From Phoronis australis (Eukaryota > Animalia > Phoronida): 64,000 nt of DNA. A program made the translations under genes and the position numbers. Below the pieces are notes generated by a model. The model made no database searches, was not told the origin of the DNA, and saw nothing but the letters and a program-made list of their open reading frames with translations. The number at the start of each line of letters is the position of its first letter. Positions within the stretch are counted from its first letter, which is position 1. This document shows positions 21,901 through 36,900 of the stretch, piece after piece. The stretch lies in the NCBI GenBank assembly GCA_002633005.1, contig NMRA01000623.1:179410-243409 (forward strand), read 5' to 3'.

Positions 21901-24900
21901 TGCAATTCTTGCCAAACTGACAAACCTCTCAGTCTGTCTTAGATTCTTTGTTGTTCCTGCTACTCTGCTGACATTCAATGTTAACAATGTGTCTATTAGT
22001 TGTTGTATTTGTAATCCGTGACTTAGTTAGACATGACAATCTTGATTACTTTAGTTTCCAAGTATCTGAGAGAATGTTCATTCTGTTAATATTTCTCGGT
22101 TTATTGTGTCTTATTGAGAGATCATTGACTCAGTATAAATACGTGACTATTGTGTTGATAATGGCAGTCTTTCAAACAGCCTTCAATATTCAAAGAATGA
22201 AGTTGAAGTCTATTTGCTGTGTAACGTGTGCTTATTGTGATGTTTTAGTGCAAGGATCTGAGGGATTGTGGCTCAACAGTGGACCACCTAAGTTTGATGA
22301 TAAAACATGGTTTAACAGGTAATTTGTGTATAATTTTATGGAGTAATTGCCATTCTTGAAATTTTTGGTCAAAAATCACTGTCACTTATTTGTGTCTACT
22401 GCATACACTTTTGTAAATGCAATGTGATAACGTTATGAATTTAATTTCAGGAAAGAAGGAAAGTTTGGCCGTGCTATCGCATTCAGCAGGGATGGGTCTC
22501 TGTTTGCTTGGCAGTTTGAGGACAAGTAGGTCTGCTTCTGTGGAACTGATATGAGCAACTGATTGTTTAACAGTGTCAGTGCAACTTTTGTGTTAGGTGA
22601 ATAACAGGTGGCACTACATGCGTTGAGCCAAGTCACCTCTCGTTTACTGCTCTTCTCTGTTGTTACTAATAACTGCCATGTGCAAGAACTTCATTCTGTA
22701 CAAGTCTGATAGCCATGCTCACTGTATGGTCCAGGTCCAATAAAACTGTTTTAGTCATGGTAATTCTTAAACTTAAAACAAATTTAAGTCTAAGAAAATA
22801 ATATAAGATTGTCTTAGCGTGTTTTGAGGGCAAGCTAAACCACCTCCACAGCAGACAACAAAATAAACAAGTGTCTGGGCATTTGAGGTTTTTGCTCTGC
22901 TGAGTCACTTGAATTTAATGGTGGCCATTTTTACAACTTCAGATCCGCTTAAAGTTGATAGATCCAAGTTTGGTGAATAAGACAGAATTCGAACCAAACA
23001 GATTTTTTGTATATTACAAAGCAAATCATGATCTTTCATCTGGGTACAAAAATCCTCTAAGCCGTATGACATTCATTGACAATAACTATTAAACAAATTA
23101 ATCGAGGTTGGTTTTCGATTTTTGTGAACAACTTCAAAAATCATGAGACGTTTTAGATGATGATGGCAATGATGAGTGTACTAGTACTGATATTTATTAC
23201 TTATGGCTGTTTCAGGCTTCATGTCACAAGAACTGTTGAAAATGGAGAATTATTTGTAATTACTAAAACTCGACAAACCAGTTTAATGTTTTCACCATGT
23301 AACACACATTTGGCTGTTTGGGAGTCTTACATTGGTAAGTGTGTTGTATATTTACAAGTAGGATTGCAGTTATAGCTGTGTTTTAGTTCTTGCTGTGTCT
23401 TGAGGTGTTATAAAGTATAAAGTAATCTGGAAAGCCAGTAAGAATAATCAACACAGGGTTTTCACTATTGCATTAAACCAATGTGTCATAGTGTGTTGGC
23501 ATAATCAATTTTATCGCATTTGGTGGTTGCATAATAGTCTTCATTTAGAAATCAAACATATTCAAGCAAATTGTATTCAAATCTGTAAGTTAACATGTGA
23601 ATTAAGTATTCACACCTGTAGGTTAACATATGAATCAAGTATTCACACCTGTAGGTTAACATATGTATCAAGTATTCACACCTCTAGATTAACATATGGA
23701 TCAAGTATTCACACCTCTAGATTAACATATGGATCAAGTATTCACATGTATATGTTAACATACGTGTAGGTTAGCATATGGATCAAGTATTCACACCTGT
23801 AGATCAACAAATGGATCAAGTATTCAAACCTGTAGGTTAACATATGGATCAAGTATTCACACACACCTGTGAATTAACATATAGATCAAGTATTCACACA
23901 CACCTGTGGATTAACATATGGATCAAGTATTCACGCGTGTAAGTCAACGTATGGATCAAGTATTCACACATGTAGGTTAACTTTTATGCCAAGCACTCTA
24001 TATTCTGTTCTTAATGTTTCAAGTTTCAGCTCCATTCCGTCAATAAGTGCTCTAATGTGAGATTATGTCTAACGCTGAGTCTGGTTGAATTACAGTTACT
24101 AAAGATATCCCTGCAGGGACGCCAAACCTGGAGATATATCACATTGAGAGTGGTCAGCTGGTCAAGTCCTACATACAGAAGAATGGAACTACTTGGTATG
24201 TGAATAGCCTTTAATTCTGTCAGTCTATGGGCAAGTTTTGTTATGGCTGACCATCTAAAGAAAAGCTTAACGAGAAAAGTAGAGACTATTGGTGTGACAC
24301 TGGAACTCCCCATGTGTTGACACCTTTAGCCTCCTCCTGTTGTATGTCAGTTGATAGTAATGTAATTTGGTACCCAAGTAAAATGCGTGATCATAAAAAG
24401 TGATGAAAATTTTGAAAAGGAAACTGGATAATGCAAGGTTAGTGAAGAAGCATTACACCACTGATGTGTCTGTGCAGTGGGTACTTTTCCAATGTGTTAA
24501 TGAGAATGTTTTTGTCACCTACTGTTGCCCAATGAGTGGTGTGATGAATTTAATGCAGTTGTGAACCCCGCTAAGGCAGCAGCGCTTTGGTGTTCTCTGG
24601 ATAACCATGTAGTACGCAAAGACGTGACACAAGTGAGAATAGGGGGAGAGGATTTGGAAAGAGTACCTGGCCTTAAGTACCTGGGGATAACGCTTGACAG
24701 AACGCTGAGTTACAAAGAGCATGTGAACCACTTAATTAAGTGGTGCACACATGGACTAGCTGCATTAAAGACCATGGCTACCTGTAGAGTAGAATAACGC
24801 CAGCTATTGATTTTCTTCAAGGCGGTAGTATTGATGCAATTGACAGAATGCAGCTGTTTGGATATGAGAGAGGCTGTGGTGCTAATAGCCGGTTGTATGG

Positions 24901-27900
24901 CCGGGCAAGACGAATGTGTAATCAGCAGTTGGTTGGAGTGGTTAGTCAAAGGACTTTGTCTGACTTGATGACATGGAAAGCCGAGCATCTATGGGTCTGC
25001 CCTGAGTGTGACGACGCTGGTTCTACACCAAGTAATACCCAAGAGTGCCTCCACTCAGACGTAAAAGCATTATCCAGCTAAAGCGCTCCCTGGCTTTTTC
25101 ACTCTAGCTAAAGTGCCCCCTGGCTGTGTTACTCCAGCTAAAGTGTCTCCTGGCTGTGTCACTCCAGCTAAAGTGACCCTGGCTGTGTCACTCCAGATGA
25201 AGTGCATCCTGGCTGTACCTCCAAATGCACCCTTTCCTGTGAAATGGGTAGTCACACTTGACAATTTAGTAAACTTTTTAAAGAGTTTTCATACTCTTTC
25301 CAGTCGTTTGAGGGTCAATGTTGGGTTACAGAACATGATTTTGTTTCAAGAATGTCAGTGATAAATTCTTAGGCAATATGTAATAGGGTAAAGCAGAGTG
25401 TTGCAGCCTTTTGAATATGTGCATGAGATAGTATGAGATATTTATATTTTGTGCACCAGGTGTCCTCAGTGGAGTATAGATGAGAAGATATGTGCCAGGA
25501 TTGTCAACAATGAAATCCACTTCTTTGAAAATAATCAATTTGGTGAGTTAGCTGTTTTTTCTCTCATGTGTATTTTGAAAACTTTTAAAGTAATTAGAAA
25601 AACTGATTCATTTTAGAAGAAATGAATTTTAAGTTTATTGAATGCAAACTTACTGTTCAATGTGTTCAATTGATAAACAATAGGATTGAAAGTCTAATCT
25701 TTCATAACTATTAGATTATTACATAGTGAGGCAGTTGTTTCCTCTGTATCTAGACCTCAAATGGGATATTTAGGATTTATCAATTTTCTATTTCACACAA
25801 GTGTATAAAAAAGGAAAATAATCTGTTTGTTCCACATAGCAAACTAGAAGCTCTTCAAAACTCACCAAAAATGAAAGTGCTCAACTTTCATTGTACTTTA
25901 TGCCGCGAACGTCTTCCATAGAACATTGCAAGTCGAGGTTCGAATCACATTTCAAACAAACCACAATCTCCCATCAAATTTACATATTAAATGTATGTTT
26001 AATAAGGTTTTAGGTTATTACAGGGTAGTCGCCCGTAGTTTGCACTTGTAATGTTATGTAGATGTTTTTATTCATGCACGACACATTTTTAAAATAATTA
26101 AAAAAATCTTTTACGCATATGCCCTGCAAATGACACATTATTACATTTGTGTTTATATTACACCTCGATAATCACGGGTCATTCTTCTTAATAACATGTT
26201 GTTACAGATACTGTAGCCAACAAGCTACACATGCAAAAGGTGGATAGTTTTGTCCTGGCAAAAACAAGTCAGGAGCCGTACCATGTGGCTGTACATGTGT
26301 CGGGTAGCAAGGTAATCCCTGGTCATCACTGTTCAACAACTCATGTTAATTGGGGACATTTGAATGGACATCTCACATCTAGTTTTTTACCTTGGAAGAG
26401 TTAAAATTTAAAGCTGAATGGAATGGGGCTATTCGGAGAATTCTCCTCGCGGTGTCGCTGCTGTACTAGTGGTGATTGAATTGCGCATGCGTCACTGTCT
26501 GCATGTAAACAGCTGGTAAAAAGATGGAAATGTTATCAAAAGGCGTCGTCGCGCTAAGCCTTATTCTTGCTATTTTCCATGGTGCAAGTCTTCAACAGGT
26601 GGTCACAAATTCCCAAAAGACCTAAGGTTACTACATTCGTGGAGAATTGCGGTCAAAAGAGTCAACCTACTGACAAAAAGTGTGTGGATGCCAAAGCCCC
26701 GTGTGTGGCCTTTGCATTTCCACTGGGAGACATACTGTAACGTTACTTGGTAAGTTTTTAGCAACCAGTTTCGATCGACATCGTTCGGTGATGTTATCCC
26801 CACCAGTTACCCCACAGAATAATTTATTGAGTGGAACTAAGTGTTTCTTTTCGGAAGCTCACCCGGGACTCGGATGCCGGGTAGGCTAGCAGCACATATT
26901 CACATATTGTCCTGGGTGGGAATGCGCCCAACATAAGTTATAAGAGGTGTGGTACGTGACGCTCAGAAGTCAAGGGTGTCTTTTTCACAGTAGTTTCTCT
27001 TCAGAGCTATGCTATGTCCAATGAAATTCTCTAGCTCAGTGAGTTTCCTTATTTTGTAGCGGTCCCCACCCCGAGGACTACTAGGTTAGTTGCTTAAATT
27101 AACATGAATAAGCTATTCAATAAATGTCTTACATTGGAATAAAAATTGTCACCTAGAATGGATTTTACTTGTTGAGATCAGAAGCACATTTTCGGTGTCA
27201 TGAAAAATACACGTTGCTAAATCACTTTTAGCCTGTTTCACATATTTTGATTCAGATCTTAAATAAGACTTGGGTACAAAGATTATTAGTTGCTACATAT
27301 AAACATGAAGATGAAACGTCAAGTATGTTCTGCCTTACAAAAGTAGTTTTGTCTTATGCTTTCTTTTATAATTTTTTAATATTTCTCTGACTATTCTGTT
27401 ACAGGTGAGAGAAAACGACTGAAACCAGCCGCCTGACAGTCTATTTTACCTTTGGACAAAGTGAAAAGCAGTCCTTCAGCAATAATCTGAGAGAATTGAA
27501 CTTAATTCAGCGCTTAATATGCCTGATTATGGACTCCGTTGTAGTTGGGAAAATTACAATTGTTTTAACAATGTTGTTTCTTTGTATGTATTTAGTTGTT
27601 CAGTTTGCCATTTTGTTTTTAAATACTCTGATAATTTTTCATTCTCGATTCTTGTGCATAGCAGGTTCCTATCCAGCTAGCTGCAATTGAAAACATACTT
27701 TTCTTGCATGTGGAACTTTTGTTTATAGACAAGTTTACACAAAACTTAAAATTATTGAAAGGCCTTCTTAAGAAAGGTCATGCAAACAAAGGGAATACTT
27801 CATTTTGATCGCTGCACATTTCTATAGGTCAACAGGAAAATGACAATTCGCAAGCGTATTTGGTAATCATTTCAGCTTTATAAAGAATAAGCACAACTGC

Positions 27901-30900
27901 ACTGTATGGGGCTTTAAAAGTGAAGAAATATTGTGGTTTCAATAATTAGTAACAAGCTTGCATGTTGATGAAAAATTTATTAGATCATCAAAGTGTAACA
28001 TTAACGGGCTTTCTACTGACAATAAGACAATCGATGCAGTCACTGAATGTCATTTCCTCATAATTTGTGCTAAGTTGAAAAGTTTTTGCCATTAGTATAG
28101 AGCCTTTCTTCTGAAAGGAAACGTTGATGTCACTCTGTGAGAAAGGACAGGTATTTATACCTATGGCCTATAGAAGCGCTTGTAAAAAAGGTTCAGTTTC
28201 GGCACATGGGTTTCCTTCATGTAACCTCATTCAGCCTCAATAACATCCAAAATCAGATCCTTGAAGGTACACACAGCAGCATATCACTTGACTCGTTTTG
28301 TGCCCAAAATCAGACCCTGAACTAGACCAGAGTGTCACTCCGTCTTCTTTAGCTTCAGTCCCTCATGTTTCTTCCAGGAAAGGAAATAAGCTATTGTCCA
28401 CACATGACTCATTGCCTATGAAAGGGCATCCTCACCAATGAGGCTGACTTGTGTAGCAGTCAGATATAGTTCCTCTTCATACACAAACAATCCACTGGCA
28501 CATTGTCTTATGGTAACTTAGTACTGCGATTTACAGTTCTCCAGGGCCACTGACTTTTACATTGTGCCATGCAACACTGCTGGGTGTGGAAATGCTGTTG
28601 GAAGAGAAAGGAGTCACATAGCTTGTGTATGCTGCGGCTTGAAGTGGCCTTATAATGTCACTGAACTGGAAAAAATATTGAAACATGAAATATTAAGTAC
28701 TCCTGGTTGGGTGAAAAATGATATCCCTGTTTTTCAAAAATATGATACGGTGACTGCTCTACAATTTCATACAAAGTTAAATAATTTATATTTTCAGAAA
28801 GCAAGGGTATATATAATAAGTATTGTATAAAACTGTGTCTTTATTTTCCATTCGTAGCCATAATTCTTTAAACGCATCACTTGTCTGCAAAATAGGCAAG
28901 TTTTTTGAGACAATTTCAAACCTTTGTTACCCATTTTTAAGCCTTTTCATTTTTGATACTTACAGCAATTTCAAACTCCGATTACAGAACCATGGGTCTG
29001 TCAAGCATACTTCTAGTCTAAGGCTGAGTGAACCGTATCTCAGACTTTTTATTTTTCTTCTAATAGAAGATATGAAGACTTGGGTCATTTAAAAAATGAT
29101 GGATAATCTTTCTGTTGTTTAAGAGTAATTACAAATCTTAAGTAACCATCAAAAATGGAATTTTCACAAAAAATGGCAGTCATTTGAATTTATAAACGAC
29201 TTGCAACATTTCAGGGCATGAGTTAAGACTATTAAGTGACTGAGAATTCAGAAAATGTAATATATTTTTATGGGTTTACAATTGATAGCAAAACAGTTTC
29301 ATGAAATAAACTTGAAGGAACTTCATTAAGGTTAAGAATTACCTCACCCAAACATGTATTACCTGTTATTTCTACACATTCAGTTGCACCAGATATTACA
29401 ACCCCAACCCCCTATGCCAATCCCCGCTAAGGACCTGCATAAGTAAATTAACAAAATGACTTTCATACCTTTCTTTAAAAATAGCTGTTCCTGTTCAAAG
29501 GCTTTGTTCGTTGTCTCCAAAAGTAGGCTTTGACAACATATCTGCACTGCATGAGAAGATCTTGCTAGTTAGCTGCAGTCAATTGCTTAAAACCAATTTT
29601 TGTCCATTCAGGGACGGTGCAGAAGCGATGCATATCTCCTCTGCACGATACAAGCCCTCAGACCTAAAAAACCAAAAGTCACGTAAAAACAGACATGATA
29701 GATTCCATTTCCACAAGACATAGGATAGGTAGTAAACAAATAGTCTAATGGATATTTGTCACGTACCCTTTACCATTGGGCTTGGATTGTAATCTTAACT
29801 CCCGAAGACATAGGATAGGGAGTAAACAAATAGTCTAACGGATATTTGTCACGTACCCTTTGCCATTGGGCTTGGAGTGTAATCTTAACTCACTAACCAA
29901 TATAGAGTTGACAGCATAAACATTCAGCATTGATTGATGTAACTGTCACTGATAAACCTGTCAGAAATCATTCCAAACAATAATGCTGCTTTGATGTACG
30001 AAAAGATCGCGAGTGCTACGTCAAGTATCGGAACACGCATCACAACAAACAAAGGTTAACCCGACTGGCGACTGCCGCGAAGTCGACATCGGCGAGTACC
30101 TCACTTAACAGGCATCTGTAGAATAAAAATGGAACAATTGTTGAAATAATTACAAACCTTACCTTTGTATAAAAGCGTGCTTACTTCCTCTCATAGAAGC
30201 ACCCTTTTCACGCAATCTCAGATTCAGTTGGCACGGCTGCAAGCTATTTCACCATGTATTTAAAGGGCTCGCAAAATCAAAGCTGCTTATCTATCACCAC
30301 TAGTACAGGCGCGCCCTCTAGTTAATGTAAATTGTCCGAATAGCCCCATTAGTGGGGTTTTCCATTTCCATGCAGTTCTGTCAAAGCACAAGCAAAGAAA
30401 GGTCAGCTTTGTTTAATTTTATCTTACTTGGCATGATTCAACTTTACTTGCAGGTAAGCTGAGCTGCTATTTAATATTTCTTGTTGATTTGACTTCAGGG
30501 GCAGCCATCCTTTGTCAAGTTGTTTAGATACCCTCATCTGGATGTATACAAAGATGCTGTAGCCCACAAGAGCTTCTTTAAAGCTGAAAAAGTTGAAATA
30601 AAGTGGAGCCATAATGGTAACTGAAGCTTGTGTATAGAGCATGTGTGTTCACCATGTGTGTAGACCCTGTGTCTAGACCATATGTGGAGACCATTTGTGT
30701 AGACCATGTGTGTAGGCCATGTGTCTAGACCATGTGTCTAGACCATGTGTCTAGACCATGTGTCTAGACCATGTGTCTAGACCATGTGTCTAGACCATGT
30801 GTGTAGACCATGTGTGTAGACCATGTGTCTAGACCATGTGTCTAGACCATGTGTGTAGACCATGTGTGTAGACCATGTGTGTAGACCATGTGTCTAGACC

Positions 30901-33900
30901 ATGTGTGTAGACCATGTGTCTAGACCATGTGTGTAGACCATGTGTGTAGACCATGTGTCTAGAGCATGTTGGCTGATTATGGGACCGTGACTACAAACGG
31001 TGGCTTAAGGTGACATGTCAAATGTGATGTGTTGGTAATCTGATTGAAGGCTCAATTTGTCAGACCCTAATTCACTTTAGTGGTGTATAGTAAACTTTAC
31101 GTGTTACTTATAATAATGACTAGTGTTTATTCAGTCAAAAATATATTTATTGCCACTGATAAAAACACGGCATAGGATTAAATGCATGAATTGGAAGTAC
31201 CTTTTTACTAAGGTGTTACTAAGTGGTAGAATGTGGATTGTACATGTTAAAACTGAGTTAGACAGTTTTGTACACTGCATTGATTTTTGTCTTAATTGTC
31301 TGATTGGCCTATGGTCTTTACTGCAGGAGTAATGTTAATTAATTTGTCCCAGGTAAAGGCGTGGTCATTTTAACATCAGTGGAGACATCAGAAACATCTT
31401 ACTACGGTGAACAAGGACTGCACTATGCATCAGTGGAGGGTGACAGCTCACTGGTGCCTCTTGGTGAGTTCAGTGTTTTGATGAGTGAGTACTCTATGCA
31501 TCAGTGGAGGGTGACAGCTCACTGGTGCATCTTGGTGAGTTCAGTACTTTGCTGAGTAACTACACTGTGCATCAGTGGAAGGTGACAGCTCACTCGTGCC
31601 TCCTGTTGAGTACAGGGCTTTGATGTGTACACAGTTATGTGATTATATCCGTGTGCAGTTGTTCAGAGTGGGCTGATCTTTGAGCAGATGATCAAATTTG
31701 TTGACAAAATCATGCCCGTCCAGTTCCCCTCAGTACTGGAACATATATAACCTACAGTAACTTTGGTAATCAGCATCAGCTGAAAACGAAGAAATGCAAG
31801 GATTTCAGTTGACAACTTGACAATTTCACATTTATCCATCCAAATGTAGAAGCTGGGAATAAACCTCAGCTTTCTTGTAACAGGCTGGAAGGCATCAGTA
31901 AGTGTGTCAACGTGTGCACTTGTCCTGTAAATGTAGCCTCCTTCCCTAGCCAATGACATTGCATGGTTGCTGCAAAAACGCATTGAACTTTGGCTTGAGA
32001 GATTGCTGTTATGCGTTCTTTACCAACTACACATGTTGGTGGATATTGTCGTCATCTCCATCTTTGTGTCTGGCTTGCACTGCTGTACCGTATTCTCTCT
32101 AATAATCACCCAGGGCGCTTAGAAAAATTCATTTCAGGGGGGCGCTTGTTGTAACTCCGAAACGGGTATCATATTTACGCTCTGTGACATATCTGTAATC
32201 TTTGACAGACTTTCTACAAAATTGTAGTGCATTGCTATCAAACTGCTATTAAATTACGATCATTTTACAGAAAGTTGTGCATAAATCCCAGGGCGAGAAC
32301 TCGCCGACTGACTGGTAATCGTCGATATGGCAACTTGAATGCTTGAATAAAAATACAGTTTCAGCTCAAGCAAATTACCTGAAATCGTCCTTAAGTTTTC
32401 CAGATAGCGTCCCTAAGATTTTTAAGTTCCCGTAGAGTCGGGATTAACGGCAGGTTGTCCAAATCTGGGGTAGATCGTGCTGTCTATGATCGTAGGCCTA
32501 CCCGGTAACACAAGAAAAAATCTCTGGACATGTTGTTGTCACGTGACGTTTGTTTTGAAGTTCGTCTGCTTGTGTGAGTAAGCGAATGGGTGCGTGTCAC
32601 CAGATTTCATTTGCCAAAGTAAACGCAATCTAACGAGCTACATATGCATTGTACACAGGCAGAAAGCAGAACGTGTTTCATTCAGCACTTGCTGGTCTCA
32701 TCTGCTAAAAAACGTTCGACAATCGTCTTGGTAATGCCCATATTAGTCACCGTGTGGCTGGATGCGTACGTGACTGTCTGACAGTTATTTTTCGGTGTAA
32801 GGGTGTGTAACCATTCGCTGTCAGTAGTCATTTTGTCGGATATTTGGCTTTTAAAACACCAATTATGATTAATCAAACAATCCCTCTTAAAAATAATGCA
32901 AAATTTTTACGGTATTAGAAACTGTTGGAAATTAGTGCCAATATTCATTTCTTGCCGATGCTATACTACCCATTTCATGAATGGATAGTTCCCGACTAAT
33001 GACAGCCGCTACATGTATGTAGTGCATGCTTCCTGGCCACGTGCTTTACACTGGTCGAGTTTTTTATTAGTCTTCGATTCGCAGTTTTTACGTGTACGAA
33101 GAAATTTGGATTCCTGTTGAGGGCGGTAAATATCTACAATACAATCCCGTTGACAAGTGCAGTGCCTCTGTCCTTAAAGGCCAGACCATAGTACAACACA
33201 TTCCTCGCCAGATCAGCAAAACTTTCCCTTTTTTTTTTGAGGCACAGCAGAAGTTTGAAGTGTATAGTCTCGGCTAAATACCGACATAGCGGCAGGGCTC
33301 GTGGTCTACAAATTTCACGCACAATTTTTTTTTTCAGGTCTGTCAGATATTATTGATAAATTGAAGACATTACTGTAGAATTTCAGGACTGTAGGTAAAT
33401 CATTTTTCTCACGTACACATTCATGGACTGGGCGCTTATTTTAGCAAAGTCTGAAAACGTGTGTGGGGGGTGCTTACAGGGGCATGGGCGATTATTGGGG
33501 CGAATCTCCAAAAGGAGTATCTTGATGAACATTAGCAGATGTGTGTCCATGGCACTGACAACAGATGACAAAGACTTTCAGATGGATGCAACTACCACTG
33601 TGCTCCTTAGTGGCAATTCAATTGTTTTATGTTTGCCTCTGTTTTGCGGAGTTTCTTCAAGTTGATTTTCATGAAATTTGGCAAATATGTATATATTACG
33701 GAGACAATAATGTATTCCCATGTTTCAGGCTGGGGATGTATTGTTCTCTTGTGTCCACTGGTACTGTAATGTATACTTATGCATCCTTGTCACTGTAATG
33801 AATGAATGACGAAGTAGAACGTCTGTGCATTTCTCATCAAGCATTTTGTTTTTTTCAATGTTAAACCTACTCAGAGCATCTTTTTTTATGCGCCAATATA

Positions 33901-36900
33901 TACATATGTGGGTGTATATTGCTGTTATTGCTGTCTCGGCGTCAAGCGTCTGCTGCTGTATCTCATAAACCCCTTGAAGGATCTTAATAAGATTCACTAG
34001 ATGTGTTTCTAAGAAGCTGACAAATGGAAATGAATTTCAGACCAATCTGAGTATCACTATGCCCATTTGTGCTGATTTTATTTTTTGCATTTTCCTCTGT
34101 ATCTTCGGAGTTTCGCGATGAATTTTCGTGAGGTTTTTATTGAGGAGACAATGATGCCTTCCCATTTTCTGACAGATGTGAGGGATTTTGTGCCACGTAG
34201 CATCCATTTTTGTTACTTTCGAGACTGTATTTTGGCATTCGCCTGTCTATCTACCAAAGTGCTCAAAGGATCATTATGAAAATGGGCAGTAGCTTTCCTG
34301 CTGCGAAGACCTCAGCCGATGTTGATTTTCAGTTTAGCCCGACTAACTATGCCCCCCTGCCCCAGTGGCGATTTCATTTTTTGTGTCCACGTCTATATCT
34401 CGTCAACCCCTTGCAGGATCTTTGTGAAATTTGACAAGTCTTGTTTCTGGGAAAGAAACAGCATGTGATGATGTTGACTTTCAGACAGATCTGATTGCTG
34501 CTTTGCCCCCCACCCCCAGGGGCAGTTTTTTTTTTACATTTACCTCTGTATATATTCAAAGTTCTTTGACATATTGTCATGAAATTTTTGCATTTGTATT
34601 TCTGTTATGGAGATGACAATCCATTTTTATTTTTGGACAGATTAGATGTATTTTGTGCCACCCATTGGTCTTTTCTGCTATTTTTGAATCTGGATCTATG
34701 TAAGACATGACAAGTGCAAGTCAATCCAGGTGGCAAGAGATGATAATTTCTTTTAGATGAATCTAAGTACCACTGTGCATCATAGTGGCAATGTTATTTT
34801 TAGGTTTGACTGTTTATCTTTGGAGTTCCTGTACAGATTTTCATGCAATTTGAGAAATCAGTGTTTTTTGGGAGTTGATGAGACCCTCTCATTTCATTGC
34901 CAGACGGGTTCAATTTATTCTGCACCCCCCAATGACCCATTTTGATATTAACAAACTTCCCTAGAAGCATACTGTTTGTAGTGCAGTGGTGGGCTCATTT
35001 CAACACTTTGGTTGCTCTTGTTAATGCAGTTATAAAGTGCGTTCTTGATCAAAGATTGCTGTGGCAACGCTAACACTTTTCTTCTTTCAGCCAAAAATGG
35101 TCCTGTGTACAGCGTCGAATGGAATCCATCTTTACCACAGTTCTGTGTTGTCTATGGTTGTATCTTTTGTTATGCAAACGTGTTATACAAACATGTCCAA
35201 ACGTGTTATTCAAACGTGTTGTTCAAACGTGTTCAAACGTATACAGCCAGGGATTACTATGTTGTATTTGCAGCTGTACCAACATTGTACCGTAAACTCG
35301 CGGGTCAACGCCCATGCCTGTGTAATCGCCCATCCTCGACTTTTGGTCATTTTTCGGTTTAAGGGCCCACTGCTTGAGTAATAGCCCATCCCCTACTTTG
35401 TGCCAATTTCCCTTGAGCGCCCACCTCTTGGGTAATCACCCACCCCCGACTTTTAGCCAATTGTTCATTTTAAGCGCCAACTGCTTGGGTCATCGCCCAC
35501 CCCCCGCCAAAGGTTTTCCCAATTTAAGTGCCCAGGGCATTAACTCACAAGTTAACGGTATTTAGAAGTGTTCCTTTGTGACAATGTTGGATCACATTTT
35601 CTGTACTTGACTGATGTTCTAATGCTCATTTTTGTGCAGTTTCTTTAATTTCTTTCCTTTTGTTCTAGATAGTTGGTGTCTTTAGATGGTACATTTTTCA
35701 TTAATCTACTTGTCACTGTGCACACAACACTGTGCATCCTTAACTCACGCTCAGTCATGCCTGCTAAAGCAACACTGTTCAACACAAAGTGTGAACCAGT
35801 GTTTGACTTTGGCACAGGGCCAAGAAATGTCACCTCCTTCAACGCTCATGGAAACAATATCCTTTCTAGTCTGTTGCACTGTTTGCTTGTGACATGGAAT
35901 GCATATTATATTTGTTGTGCATTTGAAGCTAATTAGGGATTTTTGGAAATCAATACCAACTGGAGTTCGTGATTTATAGTGTTTGACTAATTCCATCCAC
36001 TCGAGTAAGGTATTTGACCTTGTAAACTGTTTTCAAGGCCATTACTATTTTCCTGTTTTTATGTGCCCACATATTTATATGTGGATGGCATGAGCAAAGT
36101 TTCGGACAGATCCGATTACTAGTGGCAATTTTAGTTTTTTACGCTTACCTCTATTTCTTCAAAGGTCCTCAACGTATTTTCATAAAATTTGGCATATAGG
36201 CATCTATTAGTGAGATGACGTTATCCTCCTGTTTGCAGATGGATTTGACGTAGTTTGCGCAACCTAGTGGCAGTTATTTTTTTTTTGCGCCCATGGCTGT
36301 ATCTCCTTAATCGTTGGCAGGATATTTACTAAATTTAGCAAGTGTATTTATATGATGTTGACAATAGATGTTGACGATTTTCGGACAGATTTGACTACTG
36401 GTGTGCCCCCCCCCCAGTGGCAATTTTAGTTTTTTACATTTACCTCCAGTCTGTATCTTCAAAGGTCCTCAATGTATTTTCATAAAATTTGGCATATAGG
36501 CATCTATTGATGAGATGACACTATCCTCCTGTTTGCAGATGATTTGACGTAGTTTGCACCACGTAGTGGCCTTTTTTACTGTTTTCGAGTCTTGTTTTTT
36601 TGGCTTCCACCCCTGTATCAACCAAACCATATTAAGGATGATTGTGGAACTTGGCATATATGTGTTCTTACTACGAAGCTGATGATTTTCCGACGACTTT
36701 GATTACTGTGGTGCTTCCTAGTGGCGTTTTTTTTGCGCCCATGACTGTATCTGCTAAACCGTTTGCAGGATCTTCACTAAATTTAGCAAGTGTATTTATA
36801 TGACAACTGACGATGTCTTTGGGATCGAGCTGATTACTGGTGTGACCCTTAGTAGCCATTTTATTTTTTTGCGTTTACCTCTGTATTGTCAATGGTCTCA

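Noticed and set aside
21858-21925. Possible intronic C/D box snoRNA (ATGATGA...CTGA)
   Set aside because: No convincing terminal stem or recognisable rRNA guide sequence.
23580-23985. CRISPR-like array of 33-bp repeats
   Set aside because: Units are head-to-tail with no unique spacers, the context is a eukaryotic intron, and there are no cas genes. It is a minisatellite.
29714-29890. Tandem duplication of about 89 bp
   Set aside because: It is real but internal to the decayed ISL2EU-like element, with no independent significance.
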